A stretch of DNA of 64,000 bases from Desulfovibrio sp. (GTDB lineage: Bacteria; Desulfobacterota; Desulfovibrionia; Desulfovibrionales; Desulfovibrionaceae), in contig JAGADH010000180.1 in the NCBI GenBank assembly GCA_017613715.1, positions 6,483 through 70,482 on the forward strand, given 5' to 3'. A program made the translations under genes and the position numbers. A model generated the notes under the pieces. It saw only the letters and a list, made by a program, of their open reading frames with translations. It had not been told where the DNA came from and did no database searches. This document shows positions 50,691 to 61,771 of this stretch, piece after piece (the stretch's first letter is position 1; each line of letters starts with the position of its first letter).

Positions 50691-52187
50691 TTGCAGGCGT
50701 GGATGGTAGTCATGGTCGTCGTCGATATTTTGATCTGGGTTGCGTATTTTGCCGTTTTCATCTGGCTGTTCCGAAAAGGCAGCGGACACGATGTGATGGT
50801 CTCGGGCAAAGTGGGATTTGGCATTCAGGCCTTTGCCTTTGTGGCGACCTATATTTCAGCCGTGGCCCTCGTGGGCTTCGGAGGACTGGCATATCAGTAC
50901 GGCATGCAGATGCTGCTCGTGGCTGCGGGCAATGTCTGGCTTGGCACCTGGATCGTCTACCGTTATCTCGCCTGGCCCACGCGTGTCTGTCAGCGCAATC
51001 TGGGTGCCCGTACGCCCGTGCAGCTTCTTGCCAAAGGCCACAGAAGTCCGCTGCTTGGGCGCTGTTTAGCGCTGATTTTTGCTGTTTTTCTTGGTGTCTA
51101 CGCCTCAGCTGTGATCAAGGGGGCTGCACTGCTGCTTGAACAGATTTTACCCTTGTCTTCGAGTCTGCTGATCTGGGCTGTGGCACTGCTTGTCGGGCTT
51201 GCGGTCTTTGTGGGCGGACTGCGTGGCGTTTTGTACACAGAGGCCATGCAGGGCTTTGTGATGCTCATTGGCATCAGCATGCTCATCTTTGCGGTTTTTG
51301 ACAAAGTGGGAGGGCCGGTGAGCGGCATGTTGCAGCTTGCCGCCCTTGAGCCCACGAAGGCAGCTAATACGGGTTTTGTACAGCTCGCTGCAGGTGCCGA
51401 GGGCTGGTTCATCATCTCTTTGGTTATTGTCACCTCTGTTGCCGTGTGGGCTCAGCCTCAGATGATTCAACGTCATTTTGCCCTGGCTTCCTCCCATCAG
51501 GTGGACAGGATCACGCCACTGGCCATGTTCGTTTTGACTGTGCTTGTGGGCGGAGCCTATTATGTGGCTTCTCTGGGGCGGCTTTTTCTTCCGCCTGTCG
51601 CTTCACCTGATGCCGTGATGCCCACCATGGTCAAAATGTTGCTTCCTGATGTTGGTCTGCAGCTTTTTGTGCTTGCCATTGCTTCAGCCTCGCTCTCCAC
51701 AGCGACGGCCATTTTTCACATCGCCGTCAGTGCCATAGCCGAAGATTTGCCTGGCTCCAAGGCCACACGTCCCCGCTGGCTTTTGGCCATCGCCTTCATT
51801 GTTTTGCTCAGTGCAGGCTGTGCTCAGATCAAAGGGCAGATCATAGCTATGCTCTGTGCCACCAGCTGGAGTGTCGTCGGTTCCGCCGTTCTGGTCTGCT
51901 ACGTGGCTCTTGTTCGCTTTGGCCGTCGTAGTACCCGCGCCGCTTGGGCCAGTTTCCTCCTGGGTTTTGGCAGCTGTATGCTCTGGTATCTGATGACAGA
52001 TCGTCATTTTGCGGTCCTGCCGATGCCGTGGCCGGCATTGAGCAAGATTCCCCCGTTTTTTGTGGGTTTTGGCTTCTCCCTGCTTGGCTGGATTTTGGGC
52101 TGGCTGCTTGATCCCGAAGCGCGTAAGAATTCTCACTTCTGGCCGGAGGAAGCCGCAGGTTCCCCACAGGTTCTGAAAAAGCCCTGA
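50691..52187 (+). CDS. Sodium:solute symporter family protein
   Basis: ATYISA..LVGFGG.AY, GGLRGV.YTE.MQG, QPQMIQR, SASLST; ~13 TM helices; start uncertain. Confidence 0.88.
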   Translation: MQAWMVVMVVVDILIWVAYFAVFIWLFRKGSGHDVMVSGKVGFGIQAFAFVATYISAVALVGFGGLAYQYGMQMLLVAAGNVWLGTWIVYRYLAWPTRVCQRNLGARTPVQLLAKGHRSPLLGRCLALIFAVFLGVYASAVIKGAALLLEQILPLSSSLLIWAVALLVGLAVFVGGLRGVLYTEAMQGFVMLIGISMLIFAVFDKVGGPVSGMLQLAALEPTKAANTGFVQLAAGAEGWFIISLVIVTSVAVWAQPQMIQRHFALASSHQVDRITPLAMFVLTVLVGGAYYVASLGRLFLPPVASPDAVMPTMVKMLLPDVGLQLFVLAIASASLSTATAIFHIAVSAIAEDLPGSKATRPRWLLAIAFIVLLSAGCAQIKGQIIAMLCATSWSVVGSAVLVCYVALVRFGRRSTRAAWASFLLGFGSCMLWYLMTDRHFAVLPMPWPALSKIPPFFVGFGFSLLGWILGWLLDPEARKNSHFWPEEAAGSPQVLKKP

Positions 52188-52696
52188 TGCGAGGAGCGTT
52201 TTGAGGATAAGCAGTACGAGAGCTTGCCTGTCCCCAAAAGCTCTCGTTCCGGACTTTGTTTGCGAAGAAGGCGGAGAAATCCGCCTTCTTGCGTTGTGTC
52301 CTGGTCAAGTACGAAAATCGAGGTTGCGGAGCTGACGCTTCTTCTGAAGCAGGCCGCAGCTGGCGACGGGCTCGGAGGGCGATTATGGCAAGAATATGAG
52401 CAAATGATACTGTCTCAGGCTGCTTTTTGGGGGCGAGGTCCAGTATTGTGCTTATAGAAGGTAGCGAATGCTCCCTGCAAAAGTGTCTGGTTCGCACAAA
52501 GATGCAGAGAGGAAGTGGCAGACATACCGGCAAATATACCAATGTTTGACGGTCGGGGGCTGTGGCGGCTGTCTGTCACCACAGACCTGCTCAACGGATT
52601 AGGCCCCTCTGAGATAGTATTTGTTTACCACGGCTTCCCAAGAGTTTCGCAAAGGCTTAGGCTATCAGCAAGTTGTCGAGAGCCAGGGATTGAGCG

Positions 52697-53338
52697 TCAG
52701 CTCTGTCCAAGCTGGCCTGGCAGTATCAGTTTTTCTTTGGCAGGAAAGCCTGCGTCATAGGCTGCAAATTCCTGAGGATACTCTTCAGCCACGAAATAGG
52801 CTTGTGGCGTTGCGTATTCGCCTGTCACACCGTCAAAGTAGCCTGGCATTAATTCCTTGCACAGGAAAAAGTCCGCCTCCACGCCTTCCGCAAGTCCGTG
52901 ATATCTGATGCCTCTTGACGAAGCCAGAACGAAGCCGCTTTTTCCGTAGAAAGCAAGGTTGCCCTCAAAGCATACGGCCTTGCAGCCTAGTTCAGCCGCC
53001 TTGAGGAGAGAATAGTCCAGAAGCTTTTTGCCCAAGCCCTGTCTTTGCAATTCACTTGTGATACAGATCGGTCCCATGGTCATGATGGGAATCTGCCTGC
53101 CATCATCGGCGCTCAGCGTCGTTCTTACGAAGACGTTTTGACCAATGATTTGACCATCCTTCTCCATCACAAAATCAAGTTCGTGTACAAAATCCGGATT
53201 ATCTCGTAATTTTTTGAGCACGAAATGTTCAGTACAGCCTGGTCTGTACACATTCCAGAAACTCTCCCGTACCATATTCTCAACAATTCTATAATCTTCT
53301 TTTTGCTCTAAACGAATAGTGATATGGCTTCTGTCCAT
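52697..53338 (-). CDS. GNAT-family N-acetyltransferase
   Basis: FWNVYRPGC.EH, ELDFV, GPI.I....QRQGLGK.L, FYGKSGF. Confidence 0.88.
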   Translation of the reverse strand: MDRSHITIRLEQKEDYRIVENMVRESFWNVYRPGCTEHFVLKKLRDNPDFVHELDFVMEKDGQIIGQNVFVRTTLSADDGRQIPIMTMGPICITSELQRQGLGKKLLDYSLLKAAELGCKAVCFEGNLAFYGKSGFVLASSRGIRYHGLAEGVEADFFLCKELMPGYFDGVTGEYATPQAYFVAEEYPQEFAAYDAGFPAKEKLILPGQLGQS

Positions 53339-53795
53339 AGTTTTTTCCTTATGAAAATGGCTTTGTTAAGGCTGATTGGGGATCTGAGAGATGCTTTGGC
53401 AAAGCTGAGCCAAGAGCTGCAACGCTCGTGCAATGAGAGCCTGCCGCCTGCTTTGGCAGGCGCAAGGCTTTTTTTTCTGCCTGGGACAAGTCCAGCGCCT
53501 CAGGCAGCACAGACTGAGCTACGCTTTGTGGCCAAGAGCCCTGCACGCTCAAGCTCTTTTTAGGTGCAAAGCGCTTGCGAGCGCAAGCGACATTTCCTTT
53601 TTTCCTTCCTGACAATGCCTCTTTCCCTCCTTGATAATCAATAATCCCCACGCTCTGCTTTGAGACACCTCTCCCTCTGGTGTCAATCATGATACGCGTT
53701 CATCCCTCAAGCTATGGTTCAGGCTTTTTGGACGTAAAGCCGCTTCAGCTGGTACTTGGGGGGCTCTGAGCAAGCGTGCGCAAGCAAGTCCCACC

Positions 53796-53856
53796 TTGAC
53801 ACAAGGGGTGAGGGGAGGCATAGTGGCGAAAAGTGGAAAAAAGGGGTTTTTTGTGG
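53796..53856 (+). promoter_or_regulatory. dcw (mra) promoter with MraZ-binding repeats
   Basis: TTGACA (53796)-17 bp-CATAGT (53819); GTGG/GGGG units at 53823, 53833, 53843 and 53853 with 10-bp period. Confidence 0.75.
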
Positions 53857-54314
53857 TGACACAGTCCTTCTTAAGCACACATTACCGTACGCTTGACAGC
53901 AAAGGCCGCATGATACTGCCGCCCGAGTATCGTGAGGCTCTTGCGGCCGATGTGCAGGAAGGAGCTGAAGCCGGTTTCTGGCTTACGGGTTTCTATGGGC
54001 GTCTTGTGGCCTATCTGCCCAAAAACTGGGAAGTGATCATGGGGCAGCTCTGCAAGATTCCTTTTACGCACGTCAAGCTTTCCCATTTTAAAACAAAGGT
54101 CCTGGGTCTGGCCTCCTTTATTACGTTTGACGGCCAGGGCAGGGTACGCATACCACAGCCCCTGATGCGCGAAGCGGGCCTTGGCAAGGATGTCATTCTT
54201 GTGGGCATGGCTGACAAGTTTGAGATCTGGGATCAGCAGCGTTTTGATAATATCCTGACCACTGAAGACATGTCCGAGGCTCTGGCCAGCACAGGTCTCG
54301 AAATTTCACTCTGA
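53856..54314 (+). CDS. mraZ: Division/cell wall cluster transcriptional repressor MraZ
   Basis: LDSKGR..LP and DGQGRV.IP repeats, VG..DKFEIWD; first gene before rsmH. Confidence 0.93.
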   Translation: MTQSFLSTHYRTLDSKGRMILPPEYREALAADVQEGAEAGFWLTGFYGRLVAYLPKNWEVIMGQLCKIPFTHVKLSHFKTKVLGLASFITFDGQGRVRIPQPLMREAGLGKDVILVGMADKFEIWDQQRFDNILTTEDMSEALASTGLEISL

Positions 54315-55255
54315 TGCAGGCTGAAGACCGCCATATTCCCGTACTTCTGCAAGAAGTTGTGGGTTTTCTTGAGCCTTGGCGGGGAGGTCGTTTTCTCGAC
54401 GGCACGCTTGGTCTGGCAGGCCATGCCGAGGCCGTGCTGGAGCATGGGGCGGATGAGCTGCTCGGCCTTGACCGCGATAGCGAGGCCCTGGCCCTTGCGG
54501 CAGAGCGGCTGGCAGCCTATGGCCCTCGCGTCCATCTGCGGCACGGTGTCTATGCGGATTTTCCCAAGTATCTTGCCGAGCTTGGCTGGCAAAGCCTTGC
54601 CGGAGCGCTGATCGATATCGGGCTTTCCTCCATGCAGATCGACAGCCCCTGCCGCGGTTTCAGCTTTCTTGCCGACGGTCCCCTTGATATGCGCATGGAT
54701 GCCCAAAGCGGCCAGAGTGCGGCAGAGCTTCTGCGCAGCCTAAGTTTTGAGCAGCTGCGGGATATTCTGGCGCGTTTCGGTGAGGAACCCAATGCTGCCA
54801 AGATAGCGCGGGCCATTGTGCAAAAGCGTCTCACGACACCCATCACGAGCACCTCCCAGCTGGCCCAGCTTGTGGAGCAGTGTTATCCCCGCCAATGGCG
54901 TGAGACTGCGAGAAATCATCCCGCTACGCGCACCTTTCAGGCCTTGCGCATGGCGGTCAACGATGAGCTCGGACAGCTTGAGCGCTTTTTAGCGGCCATT
55001 GTCCGTTATCTTGAGCCCGATGGACGCCTCTGCGTCATCACCTTCCATTCTCTTGAAGACCGTATGGTCAAGCAGGCCATGCAGCGCTGGAGCAGGGGCT
55101 GTCTTTGTCCTCCCTATGTGGACCACTGTGTCTGCGCTCATCACCCTGAAGTCCGTCTGCTCTGCAAAAAACCTGTGCAGGCCCAGGCTTCGGAACTGGC
55201 GCGCAACAGCCGGGCCAGAAGTGCCAAATTACGGGCTGTCGCCCGACTGACTTAG
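54314..55255 (+). CDS. rsmH: 16S rRNA m4C1402 methyltransferase
   Basis: HIPVLL.EV, DGTLG.AGH, D.GLSS.Q.D...RGFSF, GPLDMRM, TFQALR..VN.EL, ITFHSLEDR, RSAKLR. Confidence 0.97.
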   Translation: MQAEDRHIPVLLQEVVGFLEPWRGGRFLDGTLGLAGHAEAVLEHGADELLGLDRDSEALALAAERLAAYGPRVHLRHGVYADFPKYLAELGWQSLAGALIDIGLSSMQIDSPCRGFSFLADGPLDMRMDAQSGQSAAELLRSLSFEQLRDILARFGEEPNAAKIARAIVQKRLTTPITSTSQLAQLVEQCYPRQWRETARNHPATRTFQALRMAVNDELGQLERFLAAIVRYLEPDGRLCVITFHSLEDRMVKQAMQRWSRGCLCPPYVDHCVCAHHPEVRLLCKKPVQAQASELARNSRARSAKLRAVARLT

Positions 55256-55288
55256 CCCTGGCGAGGCTTTTGTTTTTTTGAGGTCGTC

Positions 55289-55594
55289 ATGCAGCACAAT
55301 CCTCTTCGTGATCACAGGCGTCGTGGAGGACGCGGCTGGATTCTAGCCTTTGCACTCGGTATTTTGTCGCTTTTGATCATGCTGTTGATTCACGTCTGGA
55401 TCAATATTGAACGTGTCGACACATCCTATTTCATTACCAGAGCCAAGCAGGACATTGACGAACGGCAGGAGCATCTGGTCAAGCTGGAAATCGAACGTGA
55501 GCGTCTTCTGACGCCACATGAGCTGAAGCAGAAGGCCATGGGCTACGGCATGCACGAAGCCTATCCTGGACAAATACGACGCCTCGACAAGTGA
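55289..55594 (+). CDS. ftsL: Cell division protein FtsL-like
   Basis: One TM helix plus coiled coil, between rsmH and ftsI. Confidence 0.75.
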   Translation: MQHNPLRDHRRRGGRGWILAFALGILSLLIMLLIHVWINIERVDTSYFITRAKQDIDERQEHLVKLEIERERLLTPHELKQKAMGYGMHEAYPGQIRRLDK

Positions 55595-55601
55595 GCAGAA
55601 G

Positions 55602-57773
55602 ATGCGTTGGAGAAAGAGAAAAGTCGCCGAGCGTAAGCGTGGAGCTGTCTATGTGACACGCAAGGCACCTGAAGTTCCCAAAGCGGAAAAAGTCGAAAAG
55701 CCCATGCCTGAATGGGCTAAACGCATTGATTGGTCGCGTTTTCGCATCATCATCGGAGCCGGACTCTTTTGTCTTTTTTGGGTGGTTTTGTGGTTCAGGG
55801 CCTGCTATCTGCAAGTCGTTATCGCGCCAGAGCTTGCGGCGAAGGCTCAGATCCAGCACGAATTCATCATGCAGGTGCAAGGCAAGCGCGGAACCATCAC
55901 CGATCGCAACGGCCAGGTGATGGCGCGCAGTGTTGAAGCCCATTCCATTTTTGCCAGTCCCGCCCAGATCCAGGACAAGGCGGCCTGTGCCAATCAGCTG
56001 GCGCCTCTCTTGGGCCTTGAGCCGCAAAAGCTCTATGAGCGTCTTATGACCATGCAGGACAAGCAATTTGTCTGGTTGAAACGCAAGGTCAACGATATCA
56101 CCGCAAGGGAGGTGAGAGCCTTAAACATTGCGGGCGTAGGGGAAAGAACGGAATATGTGCGGGTCTATCCCTTTAAGCATATGGCGGGCCAGCTCCTGGG
56201 TTTTGTGAATACCGACGGCAAGGGGCTTGAAGGGCTTGAACGCAGTCTGGACAACCGTCTGGCTTCACCAAGTTTCAAGCAGGTGGTGCGGCGGGATGGC
56301 CGCGGCCAGCGCATCGAACTTTGTGAAGGCGATTACTGTCCTCTGAGCGGTGAGGATATCCGGCTGACGCTGGACATGCACGTGCAGTACATCGCCGAAG
56401 AAGCGGTGAGCCGGGCCGTCAGAGAATTCGACGCCCGCTGGGGCGGAGCATTGGTTGTGGATGTCAAAAGCGGCGATATTCTCGCCTGGGCACAGTATCC
56501 TTTTTTCAATCCCAATTCCTACAGTGATTACGGAACCTTGATCTATCGCAACCGGCTGGCCCAGGATGCTCTGGAACCCGGTTCGACCTTCAAGCCGCTG
56601 ATTATGGCTCTTGCCCTCAATGACCGTAAGATCGCTCCGAATTCGCTGATCAACTGCGAAGGCGGCAAGTGGATCGACAAGAACTATACCATTCGCGATA
56701 CCTCGAGCCAGGGTACCATCACGGCGGACAAGGTTCTGCGCTATTCCTCCAATATCGGCATGGCCAAGATCGGTCTGAAGATTGATAATAAGCGTTACTA
56801 TCAGTATCTGCACAATCTTGGTTTTGGTCAGCGTACGCAGGTTCCCGTGTCCGAAAGCCGCGGCATTTTGCGCAGCCCCAAAAACTGGAGCCGCATCGAT
56901 ACCATCTCCACTTCCTTTGGTCAGAGTATTTCCGTGACCGGTCTGCAGATGGCCCAGGCCTATCTCACCTTGCTCAATGACGGTGTCTACAAGCCATTGC
57001 GTCTGGTTGATCAGGACATTGAGCCTGACAAGCGCGACCGTTCCTTTGGCAGAGAAACCGCACGCGAAGTGCGCCGCATGATGCGTGACGTGGTGGAGAC
57101 CAAGGATGGTACCGGCCGCAGAGCACGCATCGAAGGCATCGAAGTCGGCGGCAAGACCGGCACAGCCCAGAAGGCCGACAGCAGATCCCGGACCTACGGC
57201 AGTAAGCGTCTGGCTTCCTTTGTGGGCTTTTTACCGGCTGCCAATCCTGAATTTCTGGTCCTCGTGATGGTCGATGAACCCACACGCAATCAGTTTGGCG
57301 GCGTGGTCTCAGCGCCGGTCTTCAAGGAAATCGGCACACGGCTTCTGGCCTATTCTGGCAGGACCAATATGCTGGCCGTGGCTGAGCCGAAAGAAGAAAA
57401 GCAGGATGAGAAAAAGGAAGGGGAGGCGCCCAAGGCGCCCAGTCCTGCCAGCAGCGTACCGCTCAGACCCTTAAAACTTGCCGGTTTGACGCCTCCCTGG
57501 GAAGGCCGCACGGACGAGGTCGTTGAGCGGGAAAAGTCTTCCAAAAAGCCGCAGATGCAATTGCCGGGGCGTCTGGCCAGGGCAAGCCATCGTGTACCCG
57601 ATGTCAAGGGTAAGAGTCTGCGCAATGCCGTGGAGCTTTTTGCCAGAGGTGGCGTAGTACCGGAACTGAAAGGCCAGGGTAACCATGTGGTCAAGCAGCA
57701 GCCGGCAGCCGGCAGTCTCTGGCCTGAGGAAAAGAGCGCCGGCAGCTGTGTGCTCTGGCTTTCTGAAAAATGA
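55602..57773 (+). CDS. ftsI: Penicillin-binding protein 3 (FtsI) with C-terminal PASTA domain
   Basis: RGTITDRNG, G.EGLE, EPGSTFKP (SxxK), SSN, GKTGTAQ (KTG); start may be 55651. Confidence 0.93.
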   Translation: MRWRKRKVAERKRGAVYVTRKAPEVPKAEKVEKPMPEWAKRIDWSRFRIIIGAGLFCLFWVVLWFRACYLQVVIAPELAAKAQIQHEFIMQVQGKRGTITDRNGQVMARSVEAHSIFASPAQIQDKAACANQLAPLLGLEPQKLYERLMTMQDKQFVWLKRKVNDITAREVRALNIAGVGERTEYVRVYPFKHMAGQLLGFVNTDGKGLEGLERSLDNRLASPSFKQVVRRDGRGQRIELCEGDYCPLSGEDIRLTLDMHVQYIAEEAVSRAVREFDARWGGALVVDVKSGDILAWAQYPFFNPNSYSDYGTLIYRNRLAQDALEPGSTFKPLIMALALNDRKIAPNSLINCEGGKWIDKNYTIRDTSSQGTITADKVLRYSSNIGMAKIGLKIDNKRYYQYLHNLGFGQRTQVPVSESRGILRSPKNWSRIDTISTSFGQSISVTGLQMAQAYLTLLNDGVYKPLRLVDQDIEPDKRDRSFGRETAREVRRMMRDVVETKDGTGRRARIEGIEVGGKTGTAQKADSRSRTYGSKRLASFVGFLPAANPEFLVLVMVDEPTRNQFGGVVSAPVFKEIGTRLLAYSGRTNMLAVAEPKEEKQDEKKEGEAPKAPSPASSVPLRPLKLAGLTPPWEGRTDEVVEREKSSKKPQMQLPGRLARASHRVPDVKGKSLRNAVELFARGGVVPELKGQGNHVVKQQPAAGSLWPEEKSAGSCVLWLSEK

Positions 57774-57809
57774 GTGTGCCAGACGTGCACAATGTCCTCG
57801 AGGTGTGTG

Positions 57810-59288
57810 ATGGCGAGAGCTGTTTCCTTTGCGGAGCTTGAGCAGAAGCTTAAGGATGAAGTCTGTGATCTGCAGACGGACTCACGCAAGATCAAAGCGG
57901 GTGATATTTTTCTTGCTGTGCCGGGTGAGACCGAGGATGGGGCACACTATATCGACGATGCCCTGGCACGCGGAGCCAGAAGCATCGTGGCCTGCGAGTC
58001 GGTCGCAAGCGAGCTTGCCGGAAGGCTCCCAAGCGACATTGCGCTCTGCGCCGAGACCGATATGCGAGACGCGGTTGCCAGACTCGCCATGGCGCGTTTT
58101 CACACCGAAAACCTGCATCTTAAGCTGATCGGGGTGACCGGTACCAACGGCAAAACCACGGCAACCTACCTGATGGAGGCTCTGCTGACTGCGCTGGGTG
58201 AAAAGGTCGGGGTCTTGGGCACCGTCAGTTATCGCTGGCCAGGCCATGAGCAGAGTGCGCCCTTAACCACACCGGATCCCCTGGCCATTCACTCGATGCT
58301 GGCTAAGATGGAAAAAGCCGGTGTCAGCTATTGTGTCATGGAGGTATCCTCGCACGCCATTCTGCAGAAGCGCGTCAGCCATCTTCCCTTTGCCGCTGCG
58401 GCCTTCACCAATCTCACGCAGGATCACCTTGATTTTCACAAAGACATGGACAGCTATTTTGCGGCCAAGGCTAAACTCTTCTGTGAATTGCCAAAAGCTG
58501 ACAAAGCCATGGCCATCAATGCCGACGATGCCTACGGACAGAAGCTTTTGGCCCTCTGCCCCAAGGCCATAGGTTTTGGCTTTGCTGCCGGGGAAAGCTC
58601 GCCCAAGCGAGCCTATCTTAAGGGCGAAATTCTGCGTCAGGATACGCAGGGGCTTGAGCTTGCCATGCACTATGAGGGCCGGCAATGGCAGCTGAGATCC
58701 CCCCTGATCGGGGCCTTCAATGCCGCCAATCTGCTCACTGTCCAGGCTCTGGCTCTTGGTCTGGGTTTTTCTGAAAGCGCCTTTGCCGGACTTTCCGGTT
58801 TTGCAGGCGTGCGCGGCCGTCTTGAGCGGGTGCCTGCTGCTGGTCGCCATGTTTTTGTGGACTACGCGCATACGCCTGATGCCCTTGAAAATGTGCTGAA
58901 AGCTTTGCGCAAGGCCGGTTTTCAGCGCATTGTCGCGCTTTTTGGCTGCGGCGGTAACCGTGATCGCGGCAAGCGTCCTCTGATGGGTGAAGCTGTGGCC
59001 AGATACGCCGACGTAGCCGTGCTGACCAGCGATAATCCGCGCTTTGAGGATCCCATGGCCATTATCGAAGATGTCCTGCCAGGTCTGGCCAGGGCGCGTG
59101 AAAAGTATGTGCAGCCTGACCGCAGGCTAGCCACCAAGCTGGCCCTGGATCTTCTGGCCAAGGACAGCGACTGCCTCTTGATCGCAGGCAAGGGGCATGA
59201 AGACTATCAGATTATTCAGGGTAAACGTCACCATTACAGTGATCAGGAAGTGGTTTCGGAGTTGTGTTGTGCAGATGCGTCTTGCTGA
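57810..59288 (+). CDS. murE: UDP-MurNAc-tripeptide synthetase (DAP-adding)
   Basis: GVTGTNGKTT, MEVSSH, FTNLTQDHLD, VDYAHTPDAL, FGCGGNRD, SDNPR, AGKGHE. Confidence 0.97.
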   Translation: MARAVSFAELEQKLKDEVCDLQTDSRKIKAGDIFLAVPGETEDGAHYIDDALARGARSIVACESVASELAGRLPSDIALCAETDMRDAVARLAMARFHTENLHLKLIGVTGTNGKTTATYLMEALLTALGEKVGVLGTVSYRWPGHEQSAPLTTPDPLAIHSMLAKMEKAGVSYCVMEVSSHAILQKRVSHLPFAAAAFTNLTQDHLDFHKDMDSYFAAKAKLFCELPKADKAMAINADDAYGQKLLALCPKAIGFGFAAGESSPKRAYLKGEILRQDTQGLELAMHYEGRQWQLRSPLIGAFNAANLLTVQALALGLGFSESAFAGLSGFAGVRGRLERVPAAGRHVFVDYAHTPDALENVLKALRKAGFQRIVALFGCGGNRDRGKRPLMGEAVARYADVAVLTSDNPRFEDPMAIIEDVLPGLARAREKYVQPDRRLATKLALDLLAKDSDCLLIAGKGHEDYQIIQGKRHHYSDQEVVSELCCADASC

Positions 59289-60696
59289 AATTCTGGCCGT
59301 TCTTGAGCCCTGCCTGGTGCGCTGCCTGGGCGAGGGCGATCCTCAAGTACGTGGTATGGCCTACGACAGCCGGCAGGTGGAGCCGGGCAATCTTTTTGCC
59401 TGTTTTGTGGGTGAGACGAGCGACGGCCATCAGTATGCCGCAAAGGCGGCCGAGAGCGGGGCACGTCTTGTGCTCTGCGAGCGGGAAATTGAGGGCCTGG
59501 CTGTCCCCCAGATCATTGTCCGGAACACGCTGAAAGCTCTGATGCTTCTGGCTCATGCCTGGCGTAAGCAATGTCAGGCCAAAGTTATCGGTCTGACCGG
59601 AACATGCGGCAAGACCACAGCCAAGGAGATGCTCGCAGCCATTCTGGCCCTGCACGGCAAAACCGCCAAAAGCTTTGTGAATCACAATAATCAGCTGGGC
59701 ATGGCCCACGGTATCTTAAATACCGAGGGCGATGAGCAGTACTGGGTCTTTGAGGCCGGCATCAGCAATCCCCATGACATGGATGAGCTTGGCAGCATGC
59801 TTCTGCCTGACTATGCGCTGATTCTCAACATTGGCCCCGGACATACCGAAGGCCTTGGCGACATGGGCGTTGCCTGGCATAAGACCAGGCTTTTGACGCA
59901 TTTGAGCGAAGGCGGGGTGGGCATTGTTTCAGCCGATTATCCGGAGCTTGTCTGGAAGGCCATGGGTACACACATAAGCCCGCTTGTCTTTTTCAGTGCA
60001 CAGGCCGGAGCCATTGGCGGCAAAAACGACTGCGCCAATTTTTGCCAGTATCTTGGGGAAAACGAGGCAGGCCAAGGCCGCTACCGGCTTGTGCTTGAAG
60101 GCAGCGAGTCAACTGTGCTTTGTCCGCTGGCCGCCTCCTATGCTGCGGAAAATATCTGTGCTGTGGCGCTGACCTGCCATCTTCTGGGGCTTCCGCTCGC
60201 CACCATCCAGGCCGGACTGGCCAACTTTGAGAATCCACCGCAGCGCTTTCGCCGTAGAAAGCTTGGCAGGCATCTTGTCATCGACGATACCTATAATGCC
60301 AATCCCCTTTCCATGCAGAGAATGCTTATGGCTGCTCACGCGCTTGGCAAGCCGCTGGTTTGTCTGCTGGGCGAGATGCGGGAGCTTGGGCGTGAAGCCG
60401 AAGCTTGCCACAGAGAACTTGGGCGCCAACTGGCGGCTCTTGCGCCCTCCTTGATTTTCTGGAAGGGCGGCCATGGCGCAGATCTCAAACAGGGTCTGAC
60501 CAGCGCAGGCTACAGCGGCCCCTTGCTCATGCTTGACGGCAGCGTCGATGTGGCCCGGAGCCTTGCTGACTTTTTGCAGAAAGCTGACAAGAGGGATGGT
60601 ATCACGCTGCTGGCCAAGGGTTCACGGGCCAATGCCCTTGAGCAGGAACTGGCCCTGGCGGAAGAGGTCCTGCAGGGAGAGCAGCATGTTTTATAA
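59275..60696 (+). CDS. murF: UDP-MurNAc-pentapeptide synthetase
   Basis: [53 protein letters not shown]. Confidence 0.95.
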   Translation: MRLAEILAVLEPCLVRCLGEGDPQVRGMAYDSRQVEPGNLFACFVGETSDGHQYAAKAAESGARLVLCEREIEGLAVPQIIVRNTLKALMLLAHAWRKQCQAKVIGLTGTCGKTTAKEMLAAILALHGKTAKSFVNHNNQLGMAHGILNTEGDEQYWVFEAGISNPHDMDELGSMLLPDYALILNIGPGHTEGLGDMGVAWHKTRLLTHLSEGGVGIVSADYPELVWKAMGTHISPLVFFSAQAGAIGGKNDCANFCQYLGENEAGQGRYRLVLEGSESTVLCPLAASYAAENICAVALTCHLLGLPLATIQAGLANFENPPQRFRRRKLGRHLVIDDTYNANPLSMQRMLMAAHALGKPLVCLLGEMRELGREAEACHRELGRQLAALAPSLIFWKGGHGADLKQGLTSAGYSGPLLMLDGSVDVARSLADFLQKADKRDGITLLAKGSRANALEQELALAEEVLQGEQHVL

Positions 60697-61762
60697 TCTC
60701 CTTGTGCCGTTATCTTCGCAGTGGCCTGTGCTCAATGTTTTCCGCTACATTTCCTTTCGCTCCATGGCGGCTCTGATCACGGCTCTGATCATTTCCATTC
60801 TTGTTGGACCGACCTTCATCAAGATGCTCAGGCGTTTGAAATGCGGTCAGTACATCAACGAAGACGTCAAACTCCATCAGAACAAGGCCGGCACCCCGAC
60901 CATGGGTGGCGTGCTCTTAATTTTCACGCTCTTTATTTCCCTGATGTTCTGGGCGGATTTGACCAACCGCTATGTCTGGCAATGTCTTCTGGTGGTTGTG
61001 GGCTTTGGTGCCGTGGGGCTCTGGGATGATCTGACCAAGCTTTTGCGTCACAACAATAAAGGTATTTCCCCGCGTGCCAAACTTGCTGGCCAGCTTTTTG
61101 TGGCTTTTGTCGGCATGTGGCTTTTGATGCACAATCCTTCCTATTCGAGTTTGCTCTATATTCCCTTTTTCAAGGAAATCTCGTTTGATTTAGGCTATTT
61201 TTATCTTCCCTTCGGCATCTTTATCATGATTGCCGCCTCCAATGCCGTGAATCTCACGGACGGCATGGACGGTCTGGCCATCGGGCCGGCCATTGTGGCT
61301 GCCATTGTCTTTTCCATTTTCCTCTATATTACGGGCAATGTGCGTTTTTCAGGCTACCTTTTTGTGCCCTATATTCCCGGTGTAGGCGAGGTTACGGTTT
61401 TTTGCGCGGCTTTCATCGGAGCCGGTCTTGGCTTTCTCTGGTTCAACGCTTATCCGGCCCAGGTCTTCATGGGGGATGTGGGATCGCTTTCCATTGGCGG
61501 ACTCCTTGGCTATCTGGCCCTTTTGAGCAAGCAGGAGCTGATTCTGGGCGTTGTGGGCGGTCTCTTTGTCATTGAGACCTTGTCGGTCATTTTACAGGTC
61601 AGTTATTTCAAGTGGAGCGGCGGCAAGCGCATTTTTCGCATGGCACCTCTGCACCATCATTTTCAGGAAAAAAATATTCCCGAATCCAAGATTATCATTC
61701 GCTTCTGGATTGCCTCCATTCTTCTGGGACTGGTTGCGCTTTCGGTTCTGAAGCTGCGTTAA
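60686..61762 (+). CDS. mraY: Phospho-N-acetylmuramoyl-pentapeptide transferase
   Basis: [49 protein letters not shown]. Confidence 0.98.
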   Translation: MFYNLLVPLSSQWPVLNVFRYISFRSMAALITALIISILVGPTFIKMLRRLKCGQYINEDVKLHQNKAGTPTMGGVLLIFTLFISLMFWADLTNRYVWQCLLVVVGFGAVGLWDDLTKLLRHNNKGISPRAKLAGQLFVAFVGMWLLMHNPSYSSLLYIPFFKEISFDLGYFYLPFGIFIMIAASNAVNLTDGMDGLAIGPAIVAAIVFSIFLYITGNVRFSGYLFVPYIPGVGEVTVFCAAFIGAGLGFLWFNAYPAQVFMGDVGSLSIGGLLGYLALLSKQELILGVVGGLFVIETLSVILQVSYFKWSGGKRIFRMAPLHHHFQEKNIPESKIIIRFWIASILLGLVALSVLKLR

Positions 61763-61771
61763 GAGGGGATC

